Of a stretch of DNA of 64,000 nt, positions 62,460-64,000 are shown in pieces. Origin of the DNA: Legionella sp. (lineage in GTDB: Bacteria > Pseudomonadota > Gammaproteobacteria > Legionellales > Legionellaceae); contig NZ_JASGFU010000002.1 in NCBI RefSeq assembly GCF_047605385.1, positions 19,419 through 83,418 of the forward strand. Reading direction: 5' to 3'. The position numbers were made by a program, and so were the translations under genes. The stretch's first letter is position 1, and each line of letters starts with the position of its first letter. The notes below the pieces were generated by a model, which saw only the letters and a list, made by a program, of their open reading frames with translations, was not told where the DNA came from and ran no database searches.

Positions 62460-62543
62460 TATGATATTAACCTTATATTGTTCAAAATAATCTATATTGT
62501 ATCTTAATTGATGACTAATTAAACTTTTTTATGTGCATAACGC

Positions 62544-63623
62544 TTAAAAAGGTGAATGAATCTGCTCAGAAAATAAAGGTTTTTCTGCAGGTGATGCATT
62601 CACTGAGGCAGAGAAAAAGCGCAGCGCAGTTGGTTTGGAAACAATTTTTGCCAAGGGCTCATGGCTTAAGACTTGTTCTGTTGTCGCAACGATAGTAAAA
62701 ATAACTCCAGAAAACCCAGATTTTATAACAATTTGTGTTTTTGCCATATTTATAAATTGTTTGCTTGCCTGTCTGGGATTGATTTTTAGCTCATTAAATA
62801 GCTCTTTTAAAATATTAAAAGAACCTTTATTTACTAAATTTCCTTCCTTATTTATTGTCATTTGTACTGATGCATAGTCTTTAAATGCTGTAAAAGGATA
62901 GGATAAAACGGCAGCACTTACCCCACTGAGCATTCCTGCTACTGCATGTTTTGTCGTTTTTTCTTTAATAGGCAACGAATCGGCAATTTTATCTTCCAGT
63001 TGCAACATAGCCGCAAAATTAATCAGCCCTGTACAGTAACGTGTACCAATACCATTACTGAAAAGCACGCCAAAGTTAGCAGGTTTATACCATTTAAATT
63101 TATCAGGAAGAAGTTCAGGAATTTTCTTTAATTGCGATAATGATTCTGGAACTTGGGTAAGTAATACCTCACCTAGCGCGGAAGCGGCAACATAGGTTGT
63201 TTTTACTTTTTGTCTGGAGGGACTTCCTTCTTCAATAACGGATTTCTCTTTAGGCATGCCTTCATAAGCCATGTTTTCATTCTGTTTATTGCCACGAGTA
63301 TTGGTCACATAGGCACTACGTATCGCTGCCGTAGAAATAGAGGCTTTAGTACCTGCATAATAAGCTGTGATGATACCTAAAAGACCACTGTTGTATGGGG
63401 AGATTGGTGGAAATACTGTATTGTATTTCATGAGGTTGATTAGCGCCGTTTTAACTGGCGTTTGTATGCTCAGTACTAAACTACTAGTAACGGCGGAAAT
63501 TAACGCAAAGTTAGCAATTTTCCATGTAGTATTAAGATATTCTAAGGTAGTAAGGTCATTTTGACTTGTTGGTGAATTAGCTGTAGTCACCGGGTTTTCA
63601 ATTTTTTCTGTTTTGCTTGGCAT
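62544..63623 (-). CDS. hypothetical protein with three-fold helix-pair repeat, possibly mitochondrial-carrier-like (eukaryotic-like candidate effector)
   Basis: Three ~100-aa segments, each a hydrophobic helix ending in P-x-x-x-x-K/L (..LSIQTPVKTALINL.., ..LLTQVPESLSQLKK.., ..AVAGMLSGVSAAVLSYPFTAFKDY..) followed by a second helix after a G-rich turn (..GLLGIITAYYAGT.., ..LFSNGIGTRY.., ..KSGFSGVIF..). The family call is tentative. Confidence 0.35.
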   Translation of the reverse strand: MPSKTEKIENPVTTANSPTSQNDLTTLEYLNTTWKIANFALISAVTSSLVLSIQTPVKTALINLMKYNTVFPPISPYNSGLLGIITAYYAGTKASISTAAIRSAYVTNTRGNKQNENMAYEGMPKEKSVIEEGSPSRQKVKTTYVAASALGEVLLTQVPESLSQLKKIPELLPDKFKWYKPANFGVLFSNGIGTRYCTGLINFAAMLQLEDKIADSLPIKEKTTKHAVAGMLSGVSAAVLSYPFTAFKDYASVQMTINKEGNLVNKGSFNILKELFNELKINPRQASKQFINMAKTQIVIKSGFSGVIFTIVATTEQVLSHEPLAKIVSKPTALRFFSASVNASPAEKPLFSEQIHSPF

Positions 63624-63812
63624 AATATATCTCTACACATGAGTGTTTATGTTTAAAAGAAGCTTATTCTAACTGACTGATATTAACACAATATTATCAA
63701 TATGTGTAATTTATGACTCATTATGAGTTATAATTGGTCATTTAGTAGAAAAGATATCTAAAAAATGCCCTTATATGCAAGAAATACGAAAGCATAGCAT
63801 AGATAGAAATCA

Positions 63813-64000
63813 TTAAGAGTCTAGCTCCATTGCTAGCATTCTTGATTCTTGCTTATAACTCTCAGATGGATAAAGCAAAGAAGTTAAATTGTGTTCACCC
63901 CAACGGCGTGCAATGATTATTGCTCGTGGATCGTTATTGCTGGTTAATGCCCATTGCGCGTATTCTAATAATAATATTGCAATATAAGTTTCAGCCAGCG
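63813..64000 (-). CDS. 3' end of a CDS that continues beyond the window
   Basis: Minus-strand frame open from the window edge (..LAETYIAILLLEYAQWALTSNNDPRAIIIARRWGEHNLTSLLYPSESYKQESRMLAMELDS*), stop at 63813-63815. Not in the ORF track because it has no start in the window. Confidence 0.4.
   Translation of the reverse strand, partial: LAETYIAILLLEYAQWALTSNNDPRAIIIARRWGEHNLTSLLYPSESYKQESRMLAMELDS

Overview
The window is AT-rich, gene-dense chromosomal DNA. The housekeeping proteins (DnaK, DnaJ, GrpE, enolase, RecG, ArgS, MetK, AhcY, PntAB) look like a Legionella species other than L. pneumophila; this rests on my recollection of protein similarity, not a search. Conserved core blocks are eno-maf, recG/argS, folB/hemE, grpE-dnaK-dnaJ, carA-metK-ahcY, prfC and pntAB. 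Between them sit accessory genes: a cphA-cphB-iaaA cyanophycin cluster, an RCC1-repeat protein ending in a CaaX box, an S8 protease, a CAP-domain protein, an orphan LicD transferase, a degraded Fn3/autotransporter gene, a possible mitochondrial-carrier-like protein, and several family-less membrane proteins that could be Dot/Icm substrates. I found one tRNA-Ser(GGA), no rRNA and no CRISPR array. The most interesting signal is a 25-codon upstream ORF ending in four consecutive Cys codons (..SCCCC*). It lies between a strong sigma-70 promoter and an SstT-like neutral amino-acid symporter. I read it as a candidate cysteine-sensing leader peptide, which fits the cysteine auxotrophy of Legionella. 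Other notable points: a perfect 111-bp palindromic MITE-like element with an 8-bp target-site duplication between a CDF exporter and a ZIP importer; a perfect inverted pair of DnaA boxes; a membrane-protein gene broken by one in-frame TAA; an A7-tract frameshift in a Lys/Glu-repeat protein; and a frameshifted autotransporter containing a 2 x 249-bp in-frame tandem repeat. All family assignments come from motifs read by eye. No searches were run.
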